From the human T2T-CHM13v2.0 reference genome, Homo sapiens, in the NCBI RefSeq assembly GCF_009914755.1, contig NC_060925.1: a stretch of 64,000 nt of DNA. The stretch is one strand, 5' to 3'. The notes beneath the pieces were generated by a model, which was given only the letters and a program-made list of their open reading frames with translations, was not told the DNA's origin and ran no database searches. Numbering within the stretch: the first letter of the stretch is position 1; each line of letters opens with the position of its first letter. The translations under genes and the position numbers were made by a program. Shown here piece after piece: positions 14,868 to 35,950 of this stretch.

Positions 14868-16816
14868 CAAATTACAGAATCTTTAAGCATAGGAGCTAGT
14901 AGAGTTTCTTCACCAGGATAGCTGGGCCCAGGCTAAGAAAGGAATGACTTTGTGTATTTAAACCGTCTCGAAAGAATGGTTCATTTCCATTTTCCTTTTC
15001 AGTTTTGCTAGATTTCCACTGATTCTATCTTGATGGCAGAAGGGTGGAATACGGTGTTCACAAATAAAAGGAGACCATAGGAGAGTCAAGGAAAGAATAC
15101 AAATCAGACATCAAATTTCTTCCTGAATGCTGAGCCAGATTGTGAGGACTAGGATTGGGGACAGGAAAGAATAGGCAAAAGGTAGAGAAAAGCAATGAAA
15201 TACTAACTCCACAACAGGAAAAATTAAATTCTGGACTTTTGAGCATCACAATATCCAAGAGCAATTTAGAAGATAGAGAATGGGAGAGAAATAATACATA
15301 ACAGGTGTTGAATACTTGGTTATATAAACCAGGTGCTTTACATATATTATAATGAACCCTCATGTTAACTCTGCTAAAAATATTATATTATCCCATTTCA
15401 CAGATGAACAGACCATGTGGTAAGATGTAGAGATACAATTCTGGAATAGGATTTGGAATTCTGCCTCCTGGTTCAGAGATCAATTTTCTTGGACTATCAC
15501 AACCAGAAAGTTTAAGGGACCCCCACAACCACCTGATTGTCTTTCTGCACTTACGTAGTGAAACTGGCCTCTGACCTAAGGCTAGAAACCAGTGACTAAC
15601 GTAAGTCCTTTTCCATGATGAGGGAGTGGATGGTGAAGAATGAATTTAAGAAAACATAAAGCCAGACATGGGTAGCGCACACACACAAAAAGAACATTCC
15701 TTATGAATATAGATGCAAAAGTCCTCAATAAATTATTTAATACTAGCAAACCAAATCTAGCAGGATAATAAGATTATTTTACTATACCAACTATGATTTG
15801 TCCCTAGAGTGCAAGGTTAGTTCAACATATGGAAATCAATATATAATACAGCATATTAACAGAAAAGAGTCATGCCTTGTAGAACTTTCTAGTTGTACTT
15901 AATGAGAATATAATATCATCTCCCATTTATTGAGTACCTAACACATGTGAAGTGTGAGGCAATATGAAATTAATTTAATTATAATAATAGCTGCATGGCA
16001 GCTGTTATATTATGAGTATAAATCAGCAGTAGAGCATGGTGGTCAAGAGCATAGATGCCAGAGCCAGATTCCCTGGGTCTGAATACTAATTCTACCACTT
16101 ACTACATCTGTGATCAAGTTAACAGCATTTCTTCAGTTTCCTCATCTAAAAGTGAACAGTATAACTTGGATGTAACCTAAATTCAACTTAATGTGAATAA
16201 AATACATGCTGTAAGTACAGATAACCTCTTTAATCTGTAATCCTTAGAACCTGTAGTCTAAGGTCAATCAGTTTTCCAATTCATAAAGAGGGTCTACACC
16301 ACTGCTCCACAAGCAAGGTAACACATAGTAAAATAGTCACAGAACACATGAAGATTATCACAGCTTGCTGGTGAAGGAATAAGTAGTCCTACTCAACATA
16401 TTGGCTCAAATATACTGACATCATTCCATAAACTATCGGCAACAGCTGTTTATGATGGGATTTCTGGTTCAGCTGATTTGTTGATTTTCTGACCATGAAT
16501 TTAAGAGATACATCTGTTTAAGAAAGAGCTAGAAAATATGGTAGCCTGTCACTTCAAAATGTGTCGTTTTTGGTTGTTTTTGCAACTGTCATTACCTTGA
16601 AGACTTCCTAAAATTTTGATTAATAGCCATGGGCTGCTACACTGATTTATACTTGACCAATATAGACTAATACAGAATTTTATTAATCTCTCAAATACGG
16701 GTTTAAATGATGTAATGAAGTACAGGCTTTTCTGAAACTGCTTATATTAATACAAAATAATGTCTTATAAAAATACTTGTATAATGCTTATATATATAAC
16801 TTGTATATATAACCTA

Positions 16817-17195
<379 letters not shown>

Positions 17196-17230
17196 CTATT
17201 AATACTCATAAATATTAAGTATCTACTTCA

Positions 17231-17380
17231 GCCGGGGGTGGTGGCTTACATCTGCAATCCCAATTATTCACAAGGCTGAGGCAGGAGGATCACCTGAGGC
17301 CAGGAGTTCAAGACCAGCCTGGGCAACATAGTGAGACCCCATCTCTAAAAATAAAATAAATTTTAAAATAAAAAATAAAA
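17231..17380 (+). mobile_element. Alu left monomer (FLAM-like)
   Basis: Single arm ending in an A-rich tail. Confidence 0.85.
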
Positions 17381-17740
17381 CATTTTGTAAAAGTATATAC
17401 TTCTACATCATTCCTATATATCAAAATACCACTTAAGCTGAAATTCCAAACTTTTGGAACAAATATAAATATATAATTATTAGATTAGTATGTATACAAT
17501 TAGTACATATCTACATTATCTAATTCTCGTAATAATCCTATCAGGTAAATAACTTGTCCAAGATTACACAGATTTGCTCCAATTTCCTTCATCTTCCTTA
17601 TATATTTTATGATAAAAATTCATGCTTTGAAATACTGAGATATGAGTCTTTTAAAAAATCTTAGTTATATTCTTAATAATAAGACAAACATTATGTACCA
17701 TATATGACAATTCATAATTTTCCAAATGTAATCATTTAAG

Positions 17741-17810
17741 CCAGGGTTTTTCAACCATGACACTATTGACATTTGGAGCCAAATAATTCTGTGTGGCGAG
17801 GCAGTGGGGG
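17741..17810. mobile_element. MER20 fragment (truncated)
   Basis: cagggtttttcaaccatgacactattgacatttggagccaaataattct. Confidence 0.75.
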
Positions 17811-17874
17811 ACATGAAAAGATGTTCAACAGCCATTAAGAAAATACAAATTAAAACCACAATGAGATACCACTA
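17811..17874 (+). repeat. 64-bp local duplicate of L1 sequence at 20124-20187
   Basis: 63/64 identity by direct comparison. Confidence 0.9.
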
Positions 17875-18030
17875 CAAGCACAAGCCACCACACCTGGCTA
17901 GTTTTTTCATTTTTTGTAGAGACAGGGTCTCTGTTGCAAAGGCTGGTCTCAAACACCTGGCCTCAAGCAATCCTCCCACCTCGGCCTCCCAAAGTGCTGG
18001 GATTATAGGTGTGAGCCACCATGCCCAGCC
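17875..18030 (-). mobile_element. Truncated Alu (AluJ-type)
   Basis: Left arm plus a short piece of the right arm. Confidence 0.88.
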
Positions 18031-18233
18031 TGCATTTCTAATATCATTCAGAGGTGATACCAATGCTAGTAGTCTAGGGACCAAACTGCCTAGAACTTCC
18101 TATACAAATAGGGATAAAGGGTCATTAACAGAGAACATTTTTTCTTTAAAAAAAGCAAAAGACTTGATAAGCTACATACCCCTCTCAAGGTATGAATTAC
18201 AGTATTTTTATAATGCTAATTTTCAAGATTTAA

Positions 18234-18720
18234 GCCTGGCACAATAGTGCCCATCTGTAATTCCAGCTTCTTGGGAGGCTCAGGTAGGAGGATCACTTGA
18301 ACTCAGGAGTTCAAGACTAGCCTGGACAACACAGGGATACCCTACCTCAAAAGAAAAAAAAAAAAAAAGGAAAAACAGATTTAAAAACTAAATGATACCA
18401 TGCATGAATATGTTTGATAAATAATGAGTACTTGGCCAGGTGTGGCGGCTCACACCTGTAATTCTGGCACTTTGGGAGACCAAGGTGGTAAAATCTCTGG
18501 AGTTTATGATCAGCCTGGGCAACATAGTGAGACCTCATCTCTACAAAAAATGAATAAAATCAGCTAGGCGTGGTGGCGCGTGCCTGTAGTCCAAACTACT
18601 CTAGAGGCTGAGACAGGAGGATTGCTTCAGGCTGAGAGATCAAGGCTGCAGTCAGCTGAGACTGTGCTAATGTACTCCAGCCTGGATGACACAGCGAGAC
18701 CCTCTCTCAATAAAGAAATA
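18234..18720 (+). mobile_element. Alu monomer (18234-18368) and AluJ-type dimer (18434-18720)
   Basis: Alu consensus; the second has TSD aataa(t/c)gagtactt. Confidence 0.88.
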
Positions 18721-18757
18721 ACGAGTACTTATCAGGTGCCATACTGAGGTAACATGC

Positions 18758-19115
18758 TGCTGTGGTTTGAATGTGTCCCCCAAAGTTTGTATGTTAGAAA
18801 CTTGATCCTCAATGCAACAGTGCTGGGAGATGGGGCCTAATGGGAGGTGTTTAGGACATGACGGCTCTACCCTCATAAATGGATTAATGTCAATATAAAA
18901 TAGCTTGAGGCTGAGAGTTCAACCCCTCGTGCTCTCTTTCTCACTCTCTTTGCCCTTCCACCAGGTGATGTCTTCTGCCATGATGCAGCAAGACAGATGC
19001 CGGCCCGTTGATCTTGGACCTCCCAGCCTCCAGAACTCTGAGAAATGAATTTCTGTTCATTATAATTACCCAGTCTCAAGTATTCTGTTATAGCAACGCA
19101 AAATGGACTAACACA
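18758..19115 (+). mobile_element. MST-type MaLR solo LTR
   Basis: TG...CA termini (tgctgtggtttgaatgtgtcc ... atggactaacaca) with 5-bp TSD catgc (18753-18757, 19116-19120). Confidence 0.9.
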
Positions 19116-19308
19116 CATGCTGAATGAGTCAATATTTCCCAAAGTGTGTTTCATAAAAGTAGGCTAAATAGATGTCACAAGTCAAGTGTTCCATAGTCAA
19201 ATAAGATTGGAAAATGCTGAATATAACAAGTCCAACAATAAAGAAATGGCTAACTTATAAAAGCCATTAATATATTCACGTTCCTAGAAACCATCCAAAA
19301 GATAGCTA

Positions 19309-19612
<304 letters not shown>

Positions 19613-20049
19613 CCCCAAAAAATAGCTAGAGCATGTAATGTATCTCAGATTTCTTTTCTCACAGATATTCTTTTCACTAAGCATCTCAGAAGACTAGTAT
19701 TATAGGGAATGGACTCTTGAGATAAGAACTGAGAGGAAAAAGAAAGGTTTAAATACAGCTATGTATCAAGCACTTCATATACATCATTTAAAATTATCTA
19801 ATTCTCACAATAATCCTATCAAGTAATTAACTTGTCTGAGATCACAAGGTGAATTATAGCAGAACCCACATTTAAAACCTAGCCAACAGTATGTCTCTGA
19901 AGTCCTGCAACATTGTCTTTTTAATAAGAAAAAAATATCAAAGAGAGTCCTATGGGGTGCGGTGGAAAGGAAAGAAAATAAGAAAAGCAATGGGAACAAG
20001 AAACATTACTGTTGGTACAAAGCCCAAGCAAAAATGAGTTGAGGCTCTA

Positions 20050-21205
<1,156 letters not shown>

Positions 21206-21807
21206 AAGAGAAAAAAAGCAGAAAATGTGTTGAAGCACATTTTCATGCCAGTTATATGTAAATAATAAAAAGTCATGCCATGAATGTCATATCATAGGAC
21301 ACATAGTTATTATTGAATAACTACAGATGAGAATTTTGCAGCTTCACTTGAATTTTAAATTTCCACACTTATTTTAGATATAATTACCTTCTGCTCAGAA
21401 TTGTAACAAAAGTTTAGGTGAAAGTAAGGTCCTTCCTAAACACATAAAATATGTGGAATTCAGCATTCCAAGATCTTTGCATCTTCAGAAAAACACCATT
21501 GCCTATGTTATTTAGGCAAAAGATAATGAAATATCTAAGGGATGAAAGGAATGTGCCAATCCTCTTTCCCTAATAGAATTCCCAAACTCAATGTTGCTAG
21601 CACCTGGTACTATGACCTCAAGTTCAGAGCTGACATTCCTGAGGAGGGACTTGCAAATAAAACTAGATCATTCCTCAAGATCTACAATACAATCCTTTGT
21701 AACCCAAGCAGTCAGCTGTTTCCCTTGAGACTATGGAAGCATGCAACAACTGCTTACTCATACACTATAGTTTCTATGCATGAAATATATATGAATGTAT
21801 CTGTGTA

Positions 21808-22150
21808 GAGTAGTCTCACCTTGCTCTCATGAGATACATTCCAAGACCGCCAGTGGATTCCTGAAACCTTGGATAGTACCAAACCCTATATATACTATGC
21901 TTTTTTCCTACACAAATAAGCCTATGATAAAGTTTAATTCATAAATTAGGTAAGGCAAGAGATGAACAATAAAATAGAATAAATATAATAATTACAATTT
22001 ATATTGTAGTAGAAGTTAGGTGAATGTGATCTATGTCTCAAATGTATCTTGTGCTGTACTCACCCTTCTTCCAGTGATAATGTGAGATGATAAAATAGCT
22101 ACATGATGAGATGAAGTGAGGTGAATGATGCAGACATTGTGACACAGCAT
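21808..22150. mobile_element. MER44 (Tigger7-related) fragment
   Basis: ttccaagaccgccagtggattcctgaaacc...ggatagtaccaaaccctatatatactatg. Confidence 0.7.
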
Positions 22151-22754
22151 GTAAAAGTTATAAATGCATAACTATAATTTATCAATGTATTAATTACTCA
22201 AATATTTAGTAAACACCTGCTATGTGCCAACTACTGTAACAGGAACCAGGTATATACCAATAAACTGGAAGGATGAGATCTGTGTCCCCATGTACCACCT
22301 CCAGTTTAAAGGCACTAGCAAGTCATTTTTATATCAACCATTTGAAGCAGGTAAAGTGAATGAGGAAGAAGGCATTCCAGGTAGAGGGTGACTGATGACA
22401 ACAAAACTCCATAATACGTTTTGGAAATTAAAAAAAAAAACTAGTACAGCCCCAGATTTTCCATTTGCTTTTTGTGCAGAGGGTATGTGTGCATAGAAAT
22501 GATGTGCTAAGAATATTAAAGTAGAGGAGGTAAGCAAGGACCAGATCTTAGATGGCCTTGAATGTCACACTACGAAGTTCAGATTTATTTTGTTGGCATT
22601 GAGAAGCCATTAACATAACAGTAACAATTTACAAGAGTGCTTCTTCTAGATAAATACATACTTTTACTTTTCTGGATTATGGGGGAGGGGACAGTTATGC
22701 CAGGGAAATAACAAAAACACACACTAGATCATTGAGATAATAGCTAAATCATGA

Positions 22755-23093
<339 letters not shown>

Positions 23094-23109
23094 CAGATTC
23101 AAGACTTTT

Positions 23110-24720
<1,611 letters not shown>

Positions 24721-24729
24721 AGAAATACA

Positions 24730-25002
24730 GGCTGGGCACCAAGGTGGGAAGATCACTTGAGGCCAAGAGTTCAAGACCAGCCTGGCCAACATGGCAAAAC
24801 TCAGTCTCTACTAAAAAATACAAAACTCTGCGGGGTGTGGTGGCAGGCGCCAGTAATCCCAGCTACTCAGGAGACTGAGGCAGGAGAAACTTTAACCCGG
24901 GAGGCAGAGGTTGCAATGAGCCGAGATCGTGCCACTGCACTCCAGCCTGGGTGACACAGCAAGACTCCATCTCAAAAACAAACAAACAACAACAACAACA
25001 AA
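24730..25002 (+). mobile_element. Alu with 5' internal deletion
   Basis: Alu consensus with (CAA)n tail. Confidence 0.88.
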
Positions 25003-25181
25003 TTAAAAGAGAAATACAAATCCAAATAAAAACAGAGATAAGTTACAAATTCAGCTGTTAAAGAAGAGCTTGTTCATGTATATTTTTAAATAGATAATGG
25101 TAAGTAACAAATTCCTGCAATATTAGGTTCCTGGATACATTTAAAATAATGCTGATGCAGTTCCATTTTAAAATGACATTA

Positions 25182-25492
25182 CAGTTGTCCCACGGTTTCC
25201 ACAGGGACCCCTAGCAGATACCAAAATCCACAGATCTTTAAGTCCTTTATATAAAATAGCATGGTATTTGCACATAACCTATGCACATCTTCTGATATAC
25301 TTTTAGTCATCTCTAGATTACTGATAATATCTAATACAATGTAAATTCTACATAAATAGTTGTTATACTGTATTTGTTATTTTTTTTTTCCGTTGTATAT
25401 TTTTTATTGTTTTTTGTCCCTCAAATATTCTCAATCTGTGCTTGGCTGAATCCAACCAAGATGCAGAACCTGGAGATGTGAAGGACTGACTG
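25182..25492. mobile_element. MER2 MITE
   Basis: cagttgtccc...gataccaaaatccacagat...ctctagattac...gactgactg with TA flanks. Confidence 0.82.
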
Positions 25493-26261
25493 TATTTATA
25501 ACACAACAAAAATGATAGAATTAGCACTTTTTAAAACTTGTAGTGAAAAAGGTTTTAGATGTCACCCAAAGCTCTTAGATGCTCTTGCAAAGCATGTGCA
25601 ACAGAGTAGATAGCTATTTTCTTTTTGTGTACAGTTCTATGAATTTTAATACATGCACAGATTTATGGACTCACCACCTGCTTGTACAGGACACAGAGTA
25701 GATACATGCCCCTCGTGCTATCCCTTTAGAGTCACATCCTCTTCCCACATACACAGCTTTCAGAAATTTTTTAAGGAAGTATGTGAACAAAAAAGGAATA
25801 AGGACACTGCTATATGACACTAACTAGCATGACTTCGTAGTCCAATTTCTAAGGCTTTAAATTTTCAATGAAATTCTAGTTCATTTACTAATATAAATAA
25901 TGCCAAAAATATCCGATAAGCAACTCACAGTGCCTTGCAGTCAAGACTTGCATTTCTCCACAATATCCACAGAGGATGATATAGTCTAATTTCATCTGGA
26001 CACTACCTTCATCTTTAGACAGAATGGTTAGTAATATTGGAGAGTGTTAAAAGACCCCAGAATTAGAATTTTCTCCCATTTTCTGCTTGCCTAATTCTTT
26101 CAGAGAGTTGAGAGTTAGAAATGAAAATCATAAAATAGAAATGAAATATCAGTGTAACACAAACAGGAGTAAACCCTTTTGCCCAAAAATGGGGTTTTAA
26201 TAGTCTTTCACCAGGCATACCACCACTATGAGAAACAATAACAGTTGAAGACTAAGAGACT

Positions 26262-26572
<311 letters not shown>

Positions 26573-26692
26573 TTAAACAGGTATGAGAAACATAAGTGGG
26601 GAAAGTCAAATACAGGAAATAACCTGAGGTAGTTCTTGTTGAATTATTTAAGAACAAAATTTTAATTCTATCCAACTCTATAGAAAAGCCTA

Positions 26693-27362
26693 TGTCTTTA
26701 TCCATTTTCACTGCAATAACATAATGCCACAGATTGGGTAATTTTTAAAGAATGTAGGGCTGACACAATGACTCATGCTTGTAATCCCAATACTTTGGGA
26801 GGCTGAGTTGAGGCCAGAAGTTTAAGACCAGCCTGAACAACAAAAAAGTGAGATCTCTATAAAACATTAAAAAATTGGCTGGGCAGAGTTACATGTGCCT
26901 ATAGTCCCAGCTACTCGGGAGGCTGAAGTGGCAGGAGCTTGAGTCCAGGATTTTAAGGCTGCAGTGAGCTATCATCACCACACTGCACTCCAGCCTGGGT
27001 GACAGAGAGATTCTGTCTCAAAAAACAACAACAACAACGACAACAACAAAACATGTTTATTTGGCTCACAGTTCTAGAGACTAGGAGTCCAAGGGCATAG
27101 CACCAACATCTGGTGAAGGTCATCCCATGGCAGGAGGCATCATATGGTGAGAAAGCATACTCAACAGTACTCATCCTTTTATCTGGAGCCAACTTCTGAA
27201 ATAACTAACCCACTCCCCCATGATAATGAGATTAATCCATTCATGAGGGTGGAGCCCTCATGACCTAATTACCTCTTAAAAAGATCCCACCTCCTACTAC
27301 TTTTTCAATAGCAATTACGTTTCCAACATGCAAGCTTTGGGGGACATAATCAAACTATGGCA
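26693..27362 (-). mobile_element. MST-type MaLR LTR interrupted by AluJ (26758-27051, plus)
   Basis: ttatttggctcacagttctagagactagg...ccattcatgagggtggagccctcatgacctaat...caaactatggca. Confidence 0.8.
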
Positions 27363-27417
27363 ACCTGGTAACAAAGGAAGATTATTTTAGTCATTGTGAC
27401 CAAACATTAAAGAATAC

Positions 27418-27997
<580 letters not shown>

Positions 27998-28507
27998 AAT
28001 AATACCTTTCTTAAAAAAATAATAATAATCCCCAACGTAGTTGTATTTAGAATTAAATGAAAAGTGGGAACTTAAATAATCTGTATTAGCATAATTAATA
28101 AAAACAGAAATCCTCATTCACTGAAAAAACTCTGAGCAACTATTCTTACCAGGAGGCTGCAGTTCTGATATGACTGGTGATTGCCTTTATAACTATTGGC
28201 CGTCTGTGCAAAATCACACTGATGATTTTACTAACCTATTAATAACAATATGCCAGATTTTATACCCCACTTATAGTAGGATTTTACTGTTAGCTAGATA
28301 CTAATGGGAATACAAAACCAAAAGACACAGAGACTCTCCTTTCAAGGAGCTTAATATCTACATTAGAGATTTCGCTAGAACAAGTTCATTTTACACTGTT
28401 ATGAAATAAATTATAGTATGTAATTAATTATGCTACATGTAGGTATTAAAAAATATAAATAAAATTCTGTAAGGAACTCTGTGAAACCTCAAAGAATGAC
28501 TTTTAAA

Positions 28508-28805
28508 GACACAGGGTCTCACTGTCACCCAGCTTCAGTGCAGTGGCACCATCATAGTTCAGGTTGGAGTACAGTGGCATGATCATGGCTTACTGCAGCC
28601 TCAAACTCCAAGGCTCCAGCAATCCTCCCGCCCCAGCCTCCCAAGTAGTTGGGACTATAGGCACTTGCCACCATGCCCAGCTAACTATTTTATGTTTTTG
28701 TAGAGATGGGGTCTCACTCTGTTGTCCAAACCCTTTGCCTCAAGCAATCCTCCCACCTTGGCCTCCCAGTGCTGGGATTACAGACATGAGCCACCATGAC
28801 TAGCC
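28508..28805 (-). mobile_element. AluJ-type with short internal duplication
   Basis: Two tandem cagtggca..atcat units in the right arm. Confidence 0.85.
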
Positions 28806-29902
28806 TGACTTTTCATGTCCATGTTTTCATGTATCCAGGAAACTCTAGCCTAATTTATTTCTTCATTTTTGAAAAAGAATAAAATCATTGATGGGAGAAA
28901 AAACTCAAAACTAACCACCATTTAACCATTGGTCAAAGGCGTTTCTTATTTATTAGAATATTTCCCCAAGAACAAAAGGGGGAAAAAATGGAAAAAATCC
29001 CAATGTATACCACAAATAAATACATCTGTCCTTACTGAAGGTAGTCACAGAGCTAGAGCCCAAAATAATTCATGGCAAAGTACAAAGCAAATAAATTCAC
29101 TTTAAACATCTTAAATAACAGATTATCAGCATTTTCAAATAGCAAAGACTAGAATTAAAAGTTGGTATATGCTACACTTAAAGAAAAGGAAATTCCTTAT
29201 TAGGTCTTGTCCTAGGGAAGATTATAAAGGAGGCCTTGATTGGCAGGCACCCTCCTTTACTGATCTCTTGCTGAATTTGTCCTACTATCTATTAACCCTT
29301 CATGATACCTCTACCACTCTCTGTATATACACATACGCAAATGTGTATGTGCATGCACATTGTTCTAAGTCAGTCTTTTTCAATCTAAAGACTGAAGTGA
29401 CTTTATCTTTGATTGCTGAGTGGTAACAGGAGAAAGAGAATGAATTCAATTTATTTTACCTACACAGGAGCTAAAGGTTGAGGGTGTTTATTCATCCAGG
29501 GCAAGGTCTCTGCTCTAGAGCCTTAGAATGTAAAGATAATCTGATAAATAACTTGTACTAAGATGTTAATATAGAAAAAATGGTTCTCAATCTCCCTGAC
29601 CATAGAAATATTTATATCTTCATAGGATACAGAGTTAAAATAAAAGCAATTTCCCTCGAAAAGAGAATTTTAGGCATTAACAAGAAGGCAAGGAGACACT
29701 GCTGATATTCCTCAAATTATGCAAGAAAGCCTATTCTATCCCTCTTATAAATACATATGGCCTAAAAGTGGCAAATCTCTTAAGATACTAAATTAACAGG
29801 GTTAGACAAATGTCCACCCAGAATATTATGTGGTACTTTGCACTGTAAAACATAGATACAGTAAGCCCTGAGTATTTATAAACTATTAAAAATCATAAGT
29901 TC

Positions 29903-30289
<387 letters not shown>

Positions 30290-30313
30290 TTAGGAAATAG
30301 CTCATACAATTAG

Positions 30314-30657
<344 letters not shown>

Positions 30658-31015
30658 AGAAAGGCTTTTAATAGGTTTTTAGAATAATAATTTACTTTGC
30701 CCCAAACAATACCAAGCTAATTATTTTAGGCAGAGAATCTACAGATCAAAAGAGACTTAAGATAACGGATCAATTCCATTGGACATATTATTAAGTATTA
30801 TATCAATTATTAAATGTATCATTGTGATGTGTAGATCTTACCTGGATATTAATTTAAAAAGCTGAAAAAGAATGAGATTTGAACACTGACTGGATGTGAC
30901 TATATAAAAGCAAAACATAAAAATTTTTTAAAGGAATAATTACAATGCCACCTACCTTCTCAAGAAAACCCTGAAGTATGATATTGTTACTTGCAAGAAA
31001 AAGAAAATGGTTTCT

Positions 31016-31948
<933 letters not shown>

Positions 31949-32042
31949 TCTATTGGTTCTAAGCAAAAAGGAGAAAGTAGAGAAATATAAAAGGGTGCTT
32001 ATCCCCTGATCTTTTAGTGTCTTTCCCCCATGGAATTCTTAG

Positions 32043-32186
32043 TTTTTTTAAAAAAATAGTATTTTAAAATACAGACTAGGTCTTGCTATGTTGCCCAGGC
32101 TGATCCTGAACTCCTGGCCTCAAGCAATCCTTTTGCTTCATCCTCCCAAAGTACTAGGATTACAGGCATGAGCCACTATGCCCAGC
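32043..32186 (-). mobile_element. Alu monomer (FLAM-like)
   Basis: Single left arm. Confidence 0.82.
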
Positions 32187-32824
32187 TGAAATTTCTTAGA
32201 GCACTTTTTATTTCGAAACCAGGAGAAAAGATGAGTTAGTTATGTTTTTAGCAGAAATGGGTAAGGTACCAAACATAGCCACAATAGCAATAGGATGTCA
32301 ATGCCAGAGAGAGAAAATAAAGAGAGGCAAGATGTTAGACCAGGCTGACAGTTGTTCAGCTAGCTCCTTTACCCTTTTCCCTGGTCCCCTTGAATGGGTC
32401 CTCTGTTCCCTGCCCTGCCCAGAACAGAAAAGCCACCACCAGTCACTTGGAACTGGCAGAGACCAGACTTCCATTGCCAAGAATGTTTCACAATAATAAA
32501 AGCTTAGTTAACATCTGAAGACTTAATTAGAATATTACAACAGACAAGTCTGAAGTTACCTAAATGAAATAAATGAGCTACTTTCGGGGTAGGATAGTGG
32601 GGGAACCACTGTCCTTAAATGGATGTCCTTAAGGGAGAAAATATCTAGCTCTTAATTTTAGTCTCTTAGCAGACAGATATCCTAGGGAGGTTTTACTACT
32701 GTCTGGCATGTCACTGTCTTGTAAGTCTAACAAATGAGGATGTGAGCTCATGCCCTAGGCAGTGAGACTAAAGGCTGATGAAAGGGAATGATGAAGCAAA
32801 TTAACAAAGAAGACTGCATGCTAG

Positions 32825-33158
<334 letters not shown>

Positions 33159-33204
33159 AAGTAGACACATTCTTACCACAGTCTCTACAGTCACAAGTTC
33201 GTTA

Positions 33205-33505
33205 GTGAGGGCGGTGGGAGGGTGGGGATGGTTAATGGGTACAGAAAAATAGAATAAATAAGATCTAGTATTTGATAGCACAACAGGGTGACTCTAGTTA
33301 ATAATAATTTAACCATACATTTTGAAATAACTAAAAGAGTATAACTGGATTGTTTTCAACACAAAGAATAAATGCTTGAGGTGATAGATACCCCATTTTC
33401 CCAATGTTTAACAGGATACTCTATTATACATTGTATTCCTGTATTAAAATATCCTATATACCCCATAAATATATACACTATGTACCCACAAAAAAATGTT
33501 TAAAA
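33205..33505 (+). mobile_element. L1MA-type 3' UTR end
   Basis: G-rich tract then ggggatggttaatgggtac...tatttgatagcacaacagggtgact...tatgtacccacaaaaa. Confidence 0.85.
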
Positions 33506-33583
33506 AGTTTCTAAGAAATTGATCAAAATCAATCACTCCTTTTTAACTATATGCATAAAAGGCTGTTATAAAGTTCTATTTAA

Positions 33584-34075
<492 letters not shown>

Positions 34076-35133
34076 TAAAACCTTGCTTTTGATGTCCAAC
34101 ACTTAAGAGAGTGAATGAATCAATAGAAGAGAAAGACTTAATTTAACACCCTAGCCTAGGAGAGATGAGCAAGTGAGGAGCAGGTTCCTATTTCTGACAA
34201 GAAGAACAGGGATTAAAAACAATGTGAGAAATAAACAAAAAAACAAGCCAACAAACACTGTCAAGACCACTGAACCCTAGTTGCAAGCCAGGCTGCTATA
34301 CTAAGCATCCTGATTATTCCAAAGATGCCCCGAGATTCAACCCAGCCCTTCTGGCCTCTGCCAAAGAGGCACAGAAACAGCCAAGTCAAGTTCCAAGAAT
34401 AGTCGTGGCATACCATCCCCCTCCAACTACAGTCATCCTCAGGGAGATTGTTTCTGGGAGCATCTTGCCCTAGGACTAACAGCAGAATTCAGAAGGGCAG
34501 TCAGTTGTTACTACTGTTTCCTTCCTTATCCAACAAAACTTCAAGAAACAGTAGATTAAGGAACCTGGGATTTAACCACAATTAATTCATTTAATTTGAT
34601 AACAATTAATTCATTTAATTGGAGGTGGTAAAACAGTTACCTCTTTTGTAAATCTAGTATTTCAGGGACTATCTGGGAAACCACAGGTGGTAAAATCAAC
34701 TTTTAAAATATTTAAGAATAAAAAGTGGACAGTCCTTTTCTGCAAAGTTAGACTATGTATTAAGAGGTTATGAAACCAGTATAAAAGTAGCTTTTTGGTT
34801 GGAGAATAAGAACTTCTCATACCTCAGTCATCAGTAACCAAGGGAAAAATTGCTATTAAAATTTCTTTTCCGTAATGAATTATGGTCCATTTGGGCATCA
34901 CAGACTTCTAATAGAATACCCACAATACGGGATCCAAGACTCTGGTCTCCCTACTCATTGTATGTATAAAACATTCTGCTATGTATTTAAGGTGCTATGT
35001 AAATATGCCTATACTAATATTTCTGCAGGGATATAATTACATAAAATGGAATACACAAATTTTGGAAATAAAAGGTTCAAGTTCCAACATGCCAAAATTC
35101 TACTGAAAGTAACAACTATATTAAAGCTTGTAG

Positions 35134-35950
<817 letters not shown>

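Noticed and set aside
15549-15606. Known microRNA gene
   Set aside because: I do not recognise either arm as an annotated miRNA; kept only as a structural finding.
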